A DNA stretch of 64,000 bases, taken from assembly GCF_004210375.1 (NCBI RefSeq), contig NC_134837.1:252617964-252681963 (forward strand). The letters are read 5' to 3'. The position numbers and the translations under genes were made by a program. The DNA comes from Tachypleus tridentatus. Lineage: Eukaryota. Below the pieces are notes generated by a model that saw nothing but the letters and a program-made list of their open reading frames with translations, had not been told where the DNA came from and made no database searches. Below are positions 12,671-25,813 of this stretch, piece after piece. Every line of letters begins with the position of its first letter. Within the stretch, counting starts at the first letter, position 1.

Positions 12671-12827
12671 TTTGCATATAAAGGTTAATTTTATCTTCCC
12701 TTACAAAAAGAATGAGAAGTTCTTTATTATATCTTCAAAAGTTATATTATTAAAAAAACATGTATATTCATTCATGGAAATTAAACTCAAAATCCTAACC
12801 ATAGTAGAATGTTTTAAATATACTAAC

Positions 12828-12929
12828 CCATGTCTTCTTAGACGTAGGAGAAAACAAGTATTCTCCCAGTAGCTTCTCAAAATGACAGTCATAAAATTCT
12901 TCTGGACTGCAGGTATCTTCATCTTCATT
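12828..12929 (-). CDS. TEP1: TEP1-like exon: NEDEDTCSPEEFYDCHFEKLLGEYLFSPTSKKTW
   Basis: Acceptor TTGGACCAG|AAT, donor TGG|GTTAGT. Phase 0 in and out. It is weakly similar to human EFDENDGWSLNTFGKYLLSLAGQR. Confidence 0.6.
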
Positions 12930-13781
12930 CTGGTCCAATTAGAAGTGTTAATACATTCTTTCATGAAACTAAACATTTATTATCACAAGTCACACAATCT
13001 TACAGAAGAAGCTTTTTCTTTATTAGCTGACATTTGACCTCTGAGTATCTTTACATGTGTAATAACTAAAAAAAACAGTAACTTTTAAACAAGAGACAAG
13101 ATGCAATTTTAATAATTATGTTAAAAACAACATTGTAATTAACAAAATCAAAGCTTGCCCATTGTAAACATCACTGTTATTGTATTTTTAACTATTTTGG
13201 TTCATTGAGTTTCTCTACAAAAACTAACTTTGTGTTTGTGTGCTAGAAGCTGGAGTTATAGGTCATTACTGCCATAGGAAGCAATTTGGAGTGGAGGGCC
13301 ATTGCCATCTTGCTATTTCTAGGATGGTTTGGGGCATGCTCTCTAGAAAATGTTTGAAAATTTAATGTTATGAGATTTTATCTTGAACCATTTTAACTAC
13401 AAACACTACATACCTATAATTAATGTACTGAATTAAAAGAGGTAAGTTTTAATACAACAGTTGTAGCTAAACATATCATAAAAAAAAGTAGTCGGGCCAT
13501 GGACCAACAGGCCTTAGCACTTCCTATGGCTCTGGAGATTTTTGTTGTTTCTATTTACATAAAAATTAGCAAAATACAATAATAATTGTGAAGTACTTAA
13601 TTTCTTCAGTTTGAGAAAATAATTTCCTTTTAATTTTGGAAAATGACATAAATATGGAATGTTTTCACACGTCAATTCTATGCAAATAAAATATTAACTA
13701 ATATTATCACCTGTATTTACATAGTAAATTAATTACACTCTTCTAAGCACATCATAATATTTACTTAAATATTTCTATTAG

Positions 13782-14048
13782 TTGTTTGTTTGTTTTGAAT
13801 TTCGCACAAAGCTACATGAGGGCTATCTGCCCCTAATTTAACAGTGTAAGACTAGAGGGAAGACAGCTAGTCATCACCACCCATTGCCTACTCTTAGGCT
13901 ACTCTTTTATCAATAAATAGTGGGATTTACCATCACATTATGATGCCCTCACAGCTGAAAGGGCAAGCATGTTTGGTGTGATGGAGATTGGAACCCACAA
14001 TCTTCAAATTACAAGTCAAGTGTCTTAACCACCTGGCCATGCTGGGTC
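13782..14048 (-). mobile_element. tRNA-derived SINE copy, full length. Its head reads GGCCCAGCATGGCCAGGTGGTTAAGACACTTGACTTGTAATTTGAAGATTGTGGGTTCCAATC... on the minus strand. Flanked by a 10-bp TSD TATTTCTATT.
   Basis: A tRNA-like 5' end with A-box and B-box (GGTTCCAATC) and a (CAAA)n-type tail. Direct repeats TATTTCTATT lie at 13770-13780 and 14049-14058. It sits in a TEP1 intron. Confidence 0.8.
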
Positions 14049-15436
14049 TATTTCTATTGAGATATCAAATTAAATACTGAAGCAAAACATGTCATAATAA
14101 GTAAACATTGTAAGAAATGGAGGAAATTCAGCTGTTAAAAGTATTGGAACATACACCAATGTATTAATTTTTCCTTTACTCTAATACAAAAGTTAATTTT
14201 TAATAACAAAAAAAAAAGTTTCAAATATTAGCCCTAATTCTAGAAAATAAAAATTATACTTATAAGGATGAGATTAGAAAATATCAGTACATACAGATCT
14301 TATATCATAACACAAGATTTTAAAATTATATTTGGCTATTTTTAAAAATCTTCAGTCCAAAAGCTAAAAGTTATAATACAAACATAAATAATAGGCAGAC
14401 TTAATATACTTTGTTTATTTGTATGAATTGCACACAGAGGCATTTAGTATCATTATATTCACTATAAAAGCTCCAACATTATAAGAAAGTTTCAATGGAT
14501 GAATATACTCTACTGTGTGCATGTATAATACATTTTTTAAGATATGAAAATGGATATAATGCAAATTAAATAGAATTATACTGTGCCTCAAGTTTGTGAA
14601 ACTAAGAAGCCAGGATTTCAGACTACCTGTACATATGTAGGACCTGAAGCATGATAGTCAGAGAAGCAATTACCCAGTTATTCACAGATCCACATAATGG
14701 AACATTTGAAACTTTTACAACTTCATAAATCTATATAAACTGTTTCTAAAATGTAATTCCCAATATATTGTAAATTAAATGCATAAAGAACAAAACATGT
14801 AATAATATCCACCATGTTTCAAAATTGTATCCCAATTTTATCCACTGAAAATTAACAACGATTCTTTTCTCCATTCAGTTGCAGGTAGCTATTGTCAAAT
14901 GCCTTTGTATACCTTTCTTATATCCTCATTGTTCTCTCATTTCAAAATATTGTTAGAATTGTCAGGATTTCAATATTGTGACCTCAAGTAGTACAAACTA
15001 AAATCATCAAACCTGTTTATAAAAGTAATAATAAACTTCTACAATGGTTGTAAAATAAGATGAGATTCTTACATTGATATCACAAACAGTAAATCATTCC
15101 AATTGTGTCAAATAGTGGAAACTGTTTATTTAATTTCTTTTTACTGTTCTGGTCGTTTTTAAACTCTTATTTCCCAAGGCTTTGATCACTAATAATAACT
15201 AATTTTTACTTTAAAAAAAATAATAAACATATATACAGACACATACTTTCTCCCTCTTTTAAAGCTTTTGTTCTCAGATTATCACTGATCTCAAAAACGC
15301 CATCAGCAAAGTAAAAAAAAAAAAAAAAAATTCTAAGGGTCCATGAAAAATTCACATTTGTGATATGTAGCACTGAATAGTACATTTGTTTAGTAATTTA
15401 ATTCATAGCCTACCATCTATAACAAACAACAACTAC

Positions 15437-15598
15437 CTCATAATATTTGGCCATATGAAGAACATTTTCTAGTATGGATGTATCCTGTAAAAATGCAGTT
15501 TCCCAGCCTTTGTTTACAGCACCAGTAATAATTTTCATTTCACACTCTTCACAAGTAAATAAGCACATCAGCCCTAACAACAAAGCTCCATGGTACAC
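15437..15598 (-). CDS. TEP1: TEP1-like exon: VYHGALLLGLMCLFTCEECEMKIITGAVNKGWETAFLQDTSILENVLHMAKYYE
   Basis: Acceptor TTATTTTATAG|GTG, donor GAG|GTAGTT. It matches human LNYALLLIGMMITRAEQVDVVLCGGDTLKTAVLKAEEGILKTAIKLQ. Confidence 0.7.
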
Positions 15599-17153
15599 CT
15601 ATAAAATAATGCACACACTTTAATCATTTACAAAACTCTCAAAAGGAAATGTAATATAACTAGTGCAGAGGGATAACTCAAACAATTTTTTGTTGCTGGG
15701 TTATTCACTCTTGGATAACTACTTACAAAAACCTTCATTTAGTTTTGTTGTTGGTTGAAATGGTTCTTGAATGAAAAATTATTATAAATATTTTTTATGT
15801 TTGATTTCTGAGTTACTAAGTAAGTTTCAGATTTTTAAAAAAATGTTCAAGTAAATACAGCTTCCAAAAGTAGAAAAGATTACAGTGTAACATTATTAAT
15901 GGGTTAAAAATCATATGAATGTGCAAGAAGTACAAGGTTCAGAAGAATATATTTATAATATAAACACAATACACATAAAAGCAAAAAAATGCAATAACCT
16001 ATTTTATTAGCTCTTAAAAAGATGAAGAACCTATGAATGATAAAGAGTTATGTAGTTCATCTGTCATCCAGATACCAGATTTAAAAATTAGGAAAAATGT
16101 CTTTTCTGAAACTGCTGTACAAAATGACACTTTTGACATCACTGCTAGAATAAATTTATATGTATAGCATCATCAGTCATCAATGAGAATTCATGTTTGA
16201 TATCTAATAAGCTGTATTTCAAATCTAAACATGACAGAAACACAAGTTTGCAAATAAATGCTCAAATATTTAAAGTAAAATTTATATTATTCAAATGAAT
16301 TTTAGAAAATTAAAACTAACATTATGGCATGCAAAATCTTTCCAGTAGCCCTGTATTTAAATCATGGACACAGCTGATAAACCTATATTTAACATATTCT
16401 TTTCATTTATGAAAAATAGCTATAAGCAAAATTTAAAATGCTCTCTCATTACATTACATGATTATTTTGTCATATTAATAACGTAAGTCAACTGTAGAAT
16501 AACTTACATATGGAACAAATATTGTATATAAAAGCAAAGACAAGGTTTAAGTATACAAGCTGATATACCACTTATTTCCAAACAAAAATTATACAAACAA
16601 AATTTTAAAAAATTTATATGTAAATGTAACATTCATGTCTGAGATTCTTCATTGCATTTGGACATTATGTACATAAAACATCAAAGGAATACCTCAAAAC
16701 TTTTACAACATAGAACACAAAAATCATCCAAAAATTAAGTTCTGGACTAACAACTATTAATGCTAGCTGACATAACTATTCCATGCAATGGAAAATAAAG
16801 GAAGGTCAAATCCAAATGCTGGCCCTCCATGTTATTCCCTCTAATGTTGCATGCCATGTTTAGTAATAATCAGTCCAATATTCTGCCAGTTATAAGTGGA
16901 TATATACAGACTTTTATCAAAAAATAAATCAGAGGCATACACGTACATGTGGCATGCAAACTGTCTGGGATATGCATTTATTAGCATAAAAATACTTTTC
17001 AACTGCTATCTCAAATTAAATGTAGGTAAACTATTTATAGTCACAAGTTATATGTTGTACAGTATCTAAGATAGTATTGTAATCAAATAATCTGGAAACT
17101 CATAACGAATATCAAGAAAAATTAAGACTAATTATTGATATTTGAGTGTTTAC

Positions 17154-17337
17154 CTTATTCATATTGCTGGGAGATTTCTTTAAAGTCTGGTGTTCTTTCC
17201 CAGCAGATGACATAATACCACAGATAATTAGAGTATTCCCTGAAATTGGATCAAGATTATGTTGAGCTGCAATCTCAACTGCACTATTCACTGCATTTCT
17301 GTACTGTTCCAATAGGCGATGGTCAAAGTGTTTCATT
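17154..17337 (-). CDS. TEP1: TEP1-like exon: (R)MKHFDHRLLEQYRNAVNSAVEIAAQHNLDPISGNTLIICGIMSSAGKEHQTLKKSPSNMNK
   Basis: Acceptor TTTATATAG|A, donor AAG|GTAAAC. The entering phase fits the previous exon (AG+A=Arg). It is loosely similar to human ...YRQALETAVNLSVKHSLPLLPGRTVLVYLTDANAD. Confidence 0.7.
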
Positions 17338-17924
17338 CTATATAAACAATATTGCATTGTATAATTACAAATGAGCTTCAATTTCTCAAAAATTAACAAA
17401 CCATGGGAATTTTTTGTTTTGGCATAAACTGAATTTATTTCTTGCTCTATAGTCTAAATAGTCTTGATGTAGCATTACCAAAATATCAGACATTGGAGGA
17501 ATGAAAATGGTTTTAGTGATTTAGTTCTCTATATACGTCCTAATTTATTTTACCTATCACAAATCTTCATTGTACAAAATATTTCCTGTCTTGCTGTAAG
17601 TAACAAAGAAGAATATTACTTGCATTTATAAAATTCCTCTAGATCACACATTACTAAAAAAACACAGCTTTTTGAAGTTGAAACTAACCAATCACCCTGT
17701 TTGCCGAAAATTGCTATACTGATTAGTTTGGCTTCAATTTGCAGCCTTTGAAGCTGTGGTCATGTGGCCTACATAACAAAGTTGTACTTTTACCCCAAGT
17801 TTGAAATTTGTAGCCTTAAAGATATAACTGTGCACAAGGAACAGGCCCAGAGATGAAGAGAGAGAGAATATAAAGAAATATTTGCAATTATCTATATTTC
17901 TTTTTTTTTTTTCTGTTAACTTAC

Positions 17925-18115
17925 CTCTTTGATATTTTTTCCTGTTGTTTGATTTTCCATTTAGGAGGAGTTTTCATAGACTTCAGTGATGTGAAAGTTA
18001 CAAAAGATGGATTTTTCTTAAGATTTCTACTCTTCAATAACTTTTCCAGCTCACCTATTGCCTGGTATGCAGAGAAGAACTGAAGTGGGAACTGACGACT
18101 TCTGATAACAGCATC
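17925..18115 (-). CDS. TEP1: TEP1-like exon, TROVE region: DAVIRSRQFPLQFFSAYQAIGELEKLLKSRNLKKNPSFVTFTSLKSMKTPPKWKIKQQEKISK
   Basis: Acceptor TTATTATAG|GAT, donor AG|GTAAGT. It matches human SVIHSRQFPFRFLNAHDAIDALE, a TROVE-family motif. Confidence 0.8.
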
Positions 18116-19399
18116 CTATAATAAATGAAAAATGAACTTCATGATATATAACTTTTGAATGCTAATACTGCTTCAAATAACCAACATACTGGACATCTAA
18201 TTAAAAAAAATTATGAAAAAAAAAAAAAAACACAGCCATACTGGTTAACTTAGATCAACAATTCTCTCTAACTCTGAACAATAGTATTTGCAACTATGAT
18301 TCTTCATAAAGTAATAAATAAGTAATTTAAAATAACATCTTAAACCTATGAGTAATCCAAGAAGGTGAGAATACATCAAAGAAACCTTCAGAGCTAAATA
18401 TCCAATGAAGATAAATCTTAAGCATGTTAACTAGAGTCACAACATCTTGAAACACCCATCCATGTACAAACATTCAAACATCCAAGTTATAAAAATTATT
18501 ATAAAATCAAATGTGTTACACTGTCATCTGCTTCCAAAGTATTAAAAATTGTCTTGCAATGAACAAGATATCTTAATTCTAAACAGCAATGTATGGAGGA
18601 TACAAAGGAGGAAATTTGCTAAAATATTAAACAAATACTAAGATATATAACTAGCTAAATTTGCTAAAAATTTGTTTTTTATTTATGAGATTGACCATCA
18701 CGGTATAATGTCCTTGTAGGTCGTGAGTCAACTGCCCTAACCAACAAGCAATACCAGCCCTTTATAATGGCCAATAACCCTTCAGTTTTGATTCAAAAAA
18801 ATTTCAAAAGACTGCAGAATCATCAAATAAGCAAAAAATAAAGTAACCCTCATGTTAAAAGGTAGGTTATATCACATTATCTTGATCATATAATGGAAAC
18901 TTATAAGAACAAAAACAATATACTGAAACAATTCCTGAAATAATAACCAAGTTAACTGTTACTATAACATAACTTTTAAATATCTATAAAAATTATAAAA
19001 TCAAGAAGATCTGGAATCCCCTTAATTCTCTGTCACAAGCACAAATAAATTAAATGGCTTAAAACAGTAACCTTACAACTACAAATTGTTTCAGCTGAAG
19101 TATACAAGGTTTCCTAGGCTTCTAAATAATAATTAATAATAATAATCCATTAAGTGTTTTAGTTTTTGAATAAACTGATCTCCCTTCATTTCTGAATTAG
19201 AACATCCAAACTTTTCCTGATCTCACATGACAATGTTATGCACAAGTTGGAGGGTTATGACTAGATATAAGAATGAAACACAATTTTTAGCCTAACTCTT
19301 CATTTCCTGTTTAGCTTTATTAATAATATCTTTATTTACAGATTTAATGGTTATCCTATAAACTACGTGCATCAATAAATCATAATACTGGAACCTTAC

Positions 19400-19509
19400 T
19401 TCACTGGATATTTTCTGTACAACCTTCCTGTGATGAGATTTTGAAATTCCTACCACCAACAAGTTTCTCAAGTTGCGTAACATTGCCATGTATGGTAACT
19501 TATTATGGT
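19400..19509 (-). CDS. TEP1: TEP1-like exon: (D)HNKLPYMAMLRNLRNLLVVGISKSHHRKVVQKISSE
   Basis: Acceptor TTATTACAG, donor GAA|GTAAGG. It matches human KLPFMAMLRNLCNLLRVGISSRHHELILQRLQ. Confidence 0.8.
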
Positions 19510-21780
19510 CTGTAATAAAGAAGGAGGTTATTCCAGTCTTAAAAATATGTGCCTGTATTTTATACTTTAATTAGTTGTCTTTTAATAATAATTAATTTAT
19601 CCTTTTTTTAATTCTTATCATACCAATGAACACATGAAAGAACATGAAATATAATACTGCTTATTTTATTATCAATATAAGGTTTAATCTCTGAGTTATA
19701 TTTACAGTTATTCATCTTAAAGTAAATTCTAGAGAAAACCCTACTTGAGACAGCCAAAATTCTAAAAGTTCAATTAAAAAAAATTCACATTTCAGGAAGA
19801 CAGTGACCCAAAACACAAAGCCAAAGACACTGGAGTGGTTTCAAATGAAAATGAATGTCCTAGAGTGGTTTATACAATCACCTAATTTCAATTTATGTAT
19901 TTTCTTGGAAGGTTTTACTGACATCCAACCTCCTTCACACATAACCATTTTAAGTATGATCATCAGAGTTTTGAATAAAAACAAGTTTGATACAAAACAA
20001 TTGTTTACATTATTTGTATTTCATCGAAATGTGACATTATTAGTAAAGAATGAATACTTTTGCAAAGACTGTATGCAGAGTGTCCAAAAATTATCTGGCC
20101 CATTTTAAAAATTAGTAACTTAAAAATATTATAGATAAAACACCTCTGTTTTATATAATGTGACATCAAGCTCATAAAGTTCTTTTTTCCTTCCCATTGC
20201 AAATCCATTGTACGAGCATTGTTAGAATAGGAGAGAAAAAGTGACAAAAAAAAATTGTAAAACTCCAGGAAGAAGCACTGTGTGGGTTTTGTTTACTGAA
20301 TCCAAATCAATTGTGTCAATGCAACAAAATTACAGATGCATTTCTGAAAAAGATATACCAATCAAGAATAATATAAAAGCTTAGTTTGAAAAATTGCCAG
20401 CAACTGATAGCATATTACAACAAAAGGTGTCTGGACATCCAAGTGTATCTGATATAATAGTTGATCATGTGCTAGAAGCAACAAACAGTACACATGTGGA
20501 ATTATACTAAGACAAGGAAACACTTTGAGTTGTTCATCAAATTAAATAAAACAAGAGTGATATATCTATAATGTTTAATTTTTAAAATGTGTAAAATAAT
20601 TTATAGACATCCTGTATGTTATCTTTTGCTTTCTCTACACTTATACTAACTTTATCAAAACCATCAATGCATGATAAAATGAAGAGTTGAAAAAATATAG
20701 AGAAAAAAGAATACATTTTTGATATAACATTTTTCTATGATTTTCAGTTTACATATATTTACAATTTAACACCTTTCTTCTGATTTTATTGTAAATTTTG
20801 TACCCACTACTAAACATGAAAAGCTATAAACCACAGCAGTAGTCTATTAGGTGGATCCGTTGTAGGGAGTTTATGTATATAAACACCTCTCTGGCTGGTA
20901 TGAAGTTTCATGTACGGCATTAATAACACAAACAATTTTCAACATTTTATTTTAGACTGAAAGTTCTATAATAACTAAGTTTCAGTTGCATTTGTTAAAA
21001 ATATTTAACAATAAATAAAAATTTACATGAGAAAATTGAAATATGGCATCTACTCCTTGGTTTAGGCCTTTTGCTCTCAGTAATAAAACATTTTTATTAT
21101 TTAGTTGTCCAAAAAATAATTGAGAGAATTTTCAAATATGCATTTTCAACACAAAAAAATGTACAAGCCACTAGAGCAGAATATTGCTAATTTAAATGAG
21201 CAGGCTTTTTAAATAAGCTATAAATAGGTTTAAAATTTTCCTTTAATGCTCAGAGCACATGATAGGCCTCATTTACAAACAATGAATTACACTGAATTTG
21301 GTTTTATAGTACAAATCAAAGGATTCATAAGATTTACACATAGGAGAACCTGCTATTTCTATCGATTATAATGACAACATACAGATGATTGTGAATTTGT
21401 TTCAAAAGAGAAAAATATGAAAAATATTTCTTTGGTAGATTTGATAAATTTATTGGTATCTCAGTAAATTAAAATAACAGAAAATCCAAATTTTATATTC
21501 TTGGTTGCAATTACGTATAATTTGTGTTTTTATTTGTTTGAACACTCTCAAAATCATATTACTGAAGACATTTAACATCTAATGGAAAGTATTCAGAACA
21601 GAGAAGTGTCAGATGATATAGAGAAGTGAACACTGGAAAGTTTTTAAATGTATTACATTTTGAAATTAAAACTGAGATATTATACAATTTGGGTTAAAAA
21701 CTATGTTTCAATGCCAAGTATACTAACTCACACTGACAATAGATTTATTAAAATAAATTTTGAATAAAACTCTGTTAGAG

Positions 21781-22046
21781 TTTGTTTGTTTTGTTGAATT
21801 TTATAAAAAGCTACTCAACTGCAATCTGCACTAGCCATACAAAATTCTGAAATGACAAAACTACAGGGAGGTTAACTCATCAGAAATACCTACTGTTAAC
21901 TCATGAGCTATTTATTTAACAACAAAAAGTGGGATTCACTGTCACATTATAATGACTCCATGGTTGAAAGGGTGACTATATTTGGATACTGAATTCATAC
22001 CCAGAGATTACAAGTCAAGTGCGCTAACCACCAGGCCATACTGAGC
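21781..22046 (-). mobile_element. Diverged copy of the same SINE family
   Basis: It aligns with the other copies (e.g. AAGTGGGATTCACTGTCACATTATAATG..., ...GATTACAAGTCAAGTGCGCTAACCACCAGGCCATACTGAGC). It is older and more mutated, and lies in a TEP1 intron. Confidence 0.65.
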
Positions 22047-23228
22047 TCGTGTGCACTTTCACTAAGTTGTAAGAAAAAAAAAAAAAAAAAAAGAGTTAAA
22101 TTTCATGATGTTTTTCAAACTTAAGTTAATTACTTCTCAAGTCTTTCATGATGGAATTAGCAAAAAACTCCAAAATACCTGTCTTATAGATCTTTTAATA
22201 TTACACTGATTTTTTATATTCTTATAACTCTCCAATCTGACTCTTATGAATTTTTTTTAATCTTTGCAAAGAAATCACATAGCATCATCACAGCTTTTCT
22301 TGCCAAAAAGTAAACATTTTACTGTCATTGTTTTTATAGGAATGGCACAAACGTATTTCCACTGAATTATATATCATGTTTCACACATTGTAACCAGTCT
22401 TCACTAAGTTTATTACACGAGATCTAAGGACAATTATTTTAACAAAGAATTACTTTATTTAGTTTTAGTACAGTAACATCATGAAACTTTGTAAAAAGAA
22501 ATTCAGGAAACAGTATTATTTATGATGTTTTCAGACTGTTACAGCTTGTTCATACTATACTGCACATATATGTTTACATGGAGAATAGTTTAGAGATAAA
22601 AGAATAACTAAACCCTAAGCTGTTGTACTCGAAAATGTATTAGACAAAGGATAGTTCAAACCTTTCTTTACAAACTCCCAAAACAAGTTGGAAGAAGGAA
22701 GATTAGTGTAGAGTGAATAATCAATTAGATGAAAGTAATAGATCAAAGAACCAGATTAATTTCTTAGTAAATCTCATTAACTGCCTAGCTCTAGTAGTGA
22801 CAAACAACTTATACATGAAATTACATAACAAATTTTATGTAACTTTGTATAGAAATCCTTTGTGAAACACTTGAAAACAATGAGTAAACTATTTTTGCAC
22901 TGATAAATTAAATTTCTTTCTAATATTAATGAATTGTTAGTTTTGCCTTTGGATACTTTTAATTTTAGTTATTTAAAACACCAAGCTGCTGGGGAGGGTT
23001 CTGAAAAAAGTAACACATTATGGGGAGATAAAAGATGGAATTAAAATACTATTTTTTGAAATTTTGATTGAAAATCTTTACCCAATTAATTATAAAAAAA
23101 CATATAAAAGTAGGAACTTTCAAACATTACATTTGATAACATTTGCTACAAAAGACTTCTTGACTTTCCAAATATGGTGCAACATTGCAAATTTTGATTC
23201 TCACCCAGTCCTTAAGTAAATCACTCAC

Positions 23229-23386
23229 CAATCAATTCCTGCCACACTTCGGCATTATTCCCACGTGCTGACACTTGGGTTTCCCATGTTTCAGGTACCG
23301 GTAGTTTCATCCTTACTCCTGCCCGATCTTCTTCCCATACACCAGGAAGCCCACTTCTTCTAAAGAGTTCTGGGTCCTCAGGATAT
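23229..23386 (-). CDS. TEP1: TEP1-like exon: YPEDPELFRRSGLPGVWEEDRAGVRMKLPVPETWETQVSARGNNAEVWQELI
   Basis: Acceptor CTTGCAG|ATATCC, donor ATTG|GTGAGT. It matches human YPSNLQLFSRSRLPGPWDSSRAGKRMKLSRPETWERELSLRGNKASVWEELIENG. Confidence 0.8.
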
Positions 23387-24891
23387 CTGCAAGTGTATCA
23401 CTTCTTATTAACAACTACATTATTATAAAACAAAGTTTGTTTGATTTTTCCAATTATTTGGCACTCGTATAGTGTTCATCTGGTAGTCAGTTGTCAGTGG
23501 ATGGTGTGAAGTTATTCAATATGTATACTGATAATCTAGTAACTGTATAAATAAGTTCTTGTTTTTTAAAAACGTTACTCTCCTGAAGATGACAGACTGA
23601 TGTACATTGAAACATGTAGTGTGTGTGAAATGGTTTTCCAATCTCACAGGTTTTTTGCTAATTCTTACCCTGTACAGTAAGTTATTTATATTTCATTGTA
23701 ATTTGGAGACTGGAAATTGTCTCATTCTTAGAACTGTATAAATTAATTATTGTTTTTTAAAAATTGTCAGTTTTTTAACAAAGTTATTTGTTAACAATTA
23801 CATGGACACTTTTAACACTCAAAACTAAGGCACAGTCTTCAAGTATGGTTCAACTTTTATTGTTGATTGACCTGAAATGCTTCAGGTAGGGTTATATTTT
23901 CCTGTAATTAAAATATATAGATACAGTAGGAATGAATAAATAAACTTAGTGATAAGATGGACATTGTAAGAACAGAAGTTAAGTTTTGTTCTACAAAACA
24001 AGGTTTAAAGTTCTATACTGAGTATGTCTTTATGTTCTGATGTTTTACAATAATCATAAAAGTCAGTCACACAGTACAAAAAACTTTATTAACTATGTGA
24101 ACAAACTTTGGGTGTTATATGTGATTCACACTGTAAGACACTGGTCTCTTCTTAAATATCACAAACATGAAAATATAACAACATGTAAAAATTTAAAGTA
24201 AAAATAATAACCTATATTACAACATCATTCTCTGAAATCTTTAATAACAGAAAATTACTATATAAAATCATCAGATATAGTACTGATATTACATCAAATT
24301 GTACTACAAAAAACGAAAAATATCATACAATTTATTGATTTTTATAATATAGCTTTATAATTCCTTTGTTCGTTTTAAAACACAAAATTAAAAAATATTA
24401 AATTTAAGCAAAAATATGAGCATTTATGTTTTTGTTACATTTTAATTACTGCAAAAAAATGTTACATTTAATTACTTAGTATTATACAGTTCTAAGCAAT
24501 CATTGAAAGCATACAGTAATATAGTCAGCTCTCTGAAGATCAGTTGCCAAAGCTACTACAGTGTGAATTATCCACCTATATAGGATCACAGATAATTACA
24601 TGTTGTATATAGTTTTACAAAATTTTAATTTTAAGGTCATGAATATTAAATATAATTACAAGTCTTACACATGACATAGAGAAACTACCATACATATTAA
24701 AATTATGATAAACAAAAACCACATAGTGTTTACTTTCTGAATTTAACTTGCAAGCATTAATATACACCATTTATAATTAAGATAGATTAAAATTTGTACT
24801 ACATTACACTATTTAACACATTTTGTTCTTGGATAGTATGTGTTATTTCTTAATTGCTTATGTTGTAAAAGTACAGAAAAAAGCTGTTATT

Positions 24892-25186
24892 CCCTTCAAA
24901 CTTTGCTTTTGTGACCTGTATAACACAATTTATAAAATTAACCTATTTTCCATGTAAAAATGGGCAAATTTGCACATTTTCATTTACATGAGGTCTGAAT
25001 AAAACAACATATGAATTAAGATTTACGTGTATTTATACGAAACTTATACAAAAATGTTTAGAAATGAGCAGTTTTTCGAGATTTGCAACTGTAATGTAAA
25101 TTGCTTTCATGTATCGGCCCCCAAATATAGTCTCCCGTCATGTTTTCGTTATACGCTCCCAGGTCATAAAAGCAAAGTTTGAAGAA
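24892..25186. mobile_element. Small MITE-like element with roughly 27-bp TIRs (CTTCAAACTTTGCTTTTGTGACCTG / CCAGGTCATAAAAGCAAAGTTTGAAG)
   Basis: Inverted repeats at 24894-24918 and 25159-25184. The interior is GC-richer than the surroundings. It lies in a TEP1 intron. Confidence 0.55.
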
Positions 25187-25670
25187 TAAAATAGGTCTTT
25201 TCCATTTATTTTATGTATAAGTAATTGGGAAATAACACTTTCTGCCCAGGAACAAGAAAAAATAAAACTTCTGTTACATAGTGTTATATATACTTTTACA
25301 AGTTTAATAATTTGTAATTTCTCTATAAATTATAAATTTTCCCATCTTAGAATTTTGTGGCAGAGTTCCAAATAACTGACAGTGTATGTATGCACACTCT
25401 AGCACACCTTAAAAATTACACCTAAGCCTAGAAAATATTTACAATTTCTAAAGTTTTAAGATGAAGGATCTCTTCAAAGAGGGTATCATCTAACACAATA
25501 AGTTAAATAATTTTAAAAAATGTTCTTTTGTTTATTTGTAATCTAACTGAAGTTGAAAAAAAATGTATTTGAATAAAGTGTCTTATTTTCATTTTAATTC
25601 AAAAGTAAATGACTTAATTTTAATCTTTGTTTTAAAATTCACTATTTAAAAACAAGTAATTAAGATATAC

Positions 25671-25813
25671 TTCTTTCCAAGTAAACACATCACGTGGTCC
25701 ACAGGCTGGGTAATGTGCAAGAGTCGAATGAGTTGTTTCAAAGTAAATTTGCACTGTGTTACTTTCTTCTCAGTTTCCATCTCATCATTTATAGTGTAGA
25801 TTTTTGCTTTATT
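25671..25813 (-). CDS. TEP1: TEP1-like exon: NKAKIYTINDEMETEKKVTQCKFTLKQLIRLLHITQPVDHVMCLLGK(K)
   Basis: Acceptor TTCAG|AAT, donor GAA|GTATAT. It matches human ...SEKKNPPRFTLKKLVQRLHIHKPAQHVQALLGYRYP. Phases fit on both sides. Confidence 0.7.

Noticed and set aside
12701-12976. ORF-track frame (…WTRMKMKIPAVQKNFMTVILRSYWENTCFLLRLRR…) for the exon at about 12.9 kb
   Set aside because: The overlapping frame NEDEDTCSPEEFYDCHFEKLLGEYLFSPTSKKTW is bounded by a proper acceptor and a GTTAGT donor and is phase-compatible with both neighbours. The ORF-track frame is not.
22077-22096. Poly-A run after the 21781-22046 SINE copy as its tail
   Set aside because: The SINE is minus-oriented, so its 3' tail is at the left end (around 21781). 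The A-run on the right is on the wrong side and is probably unrelated simple sequence.
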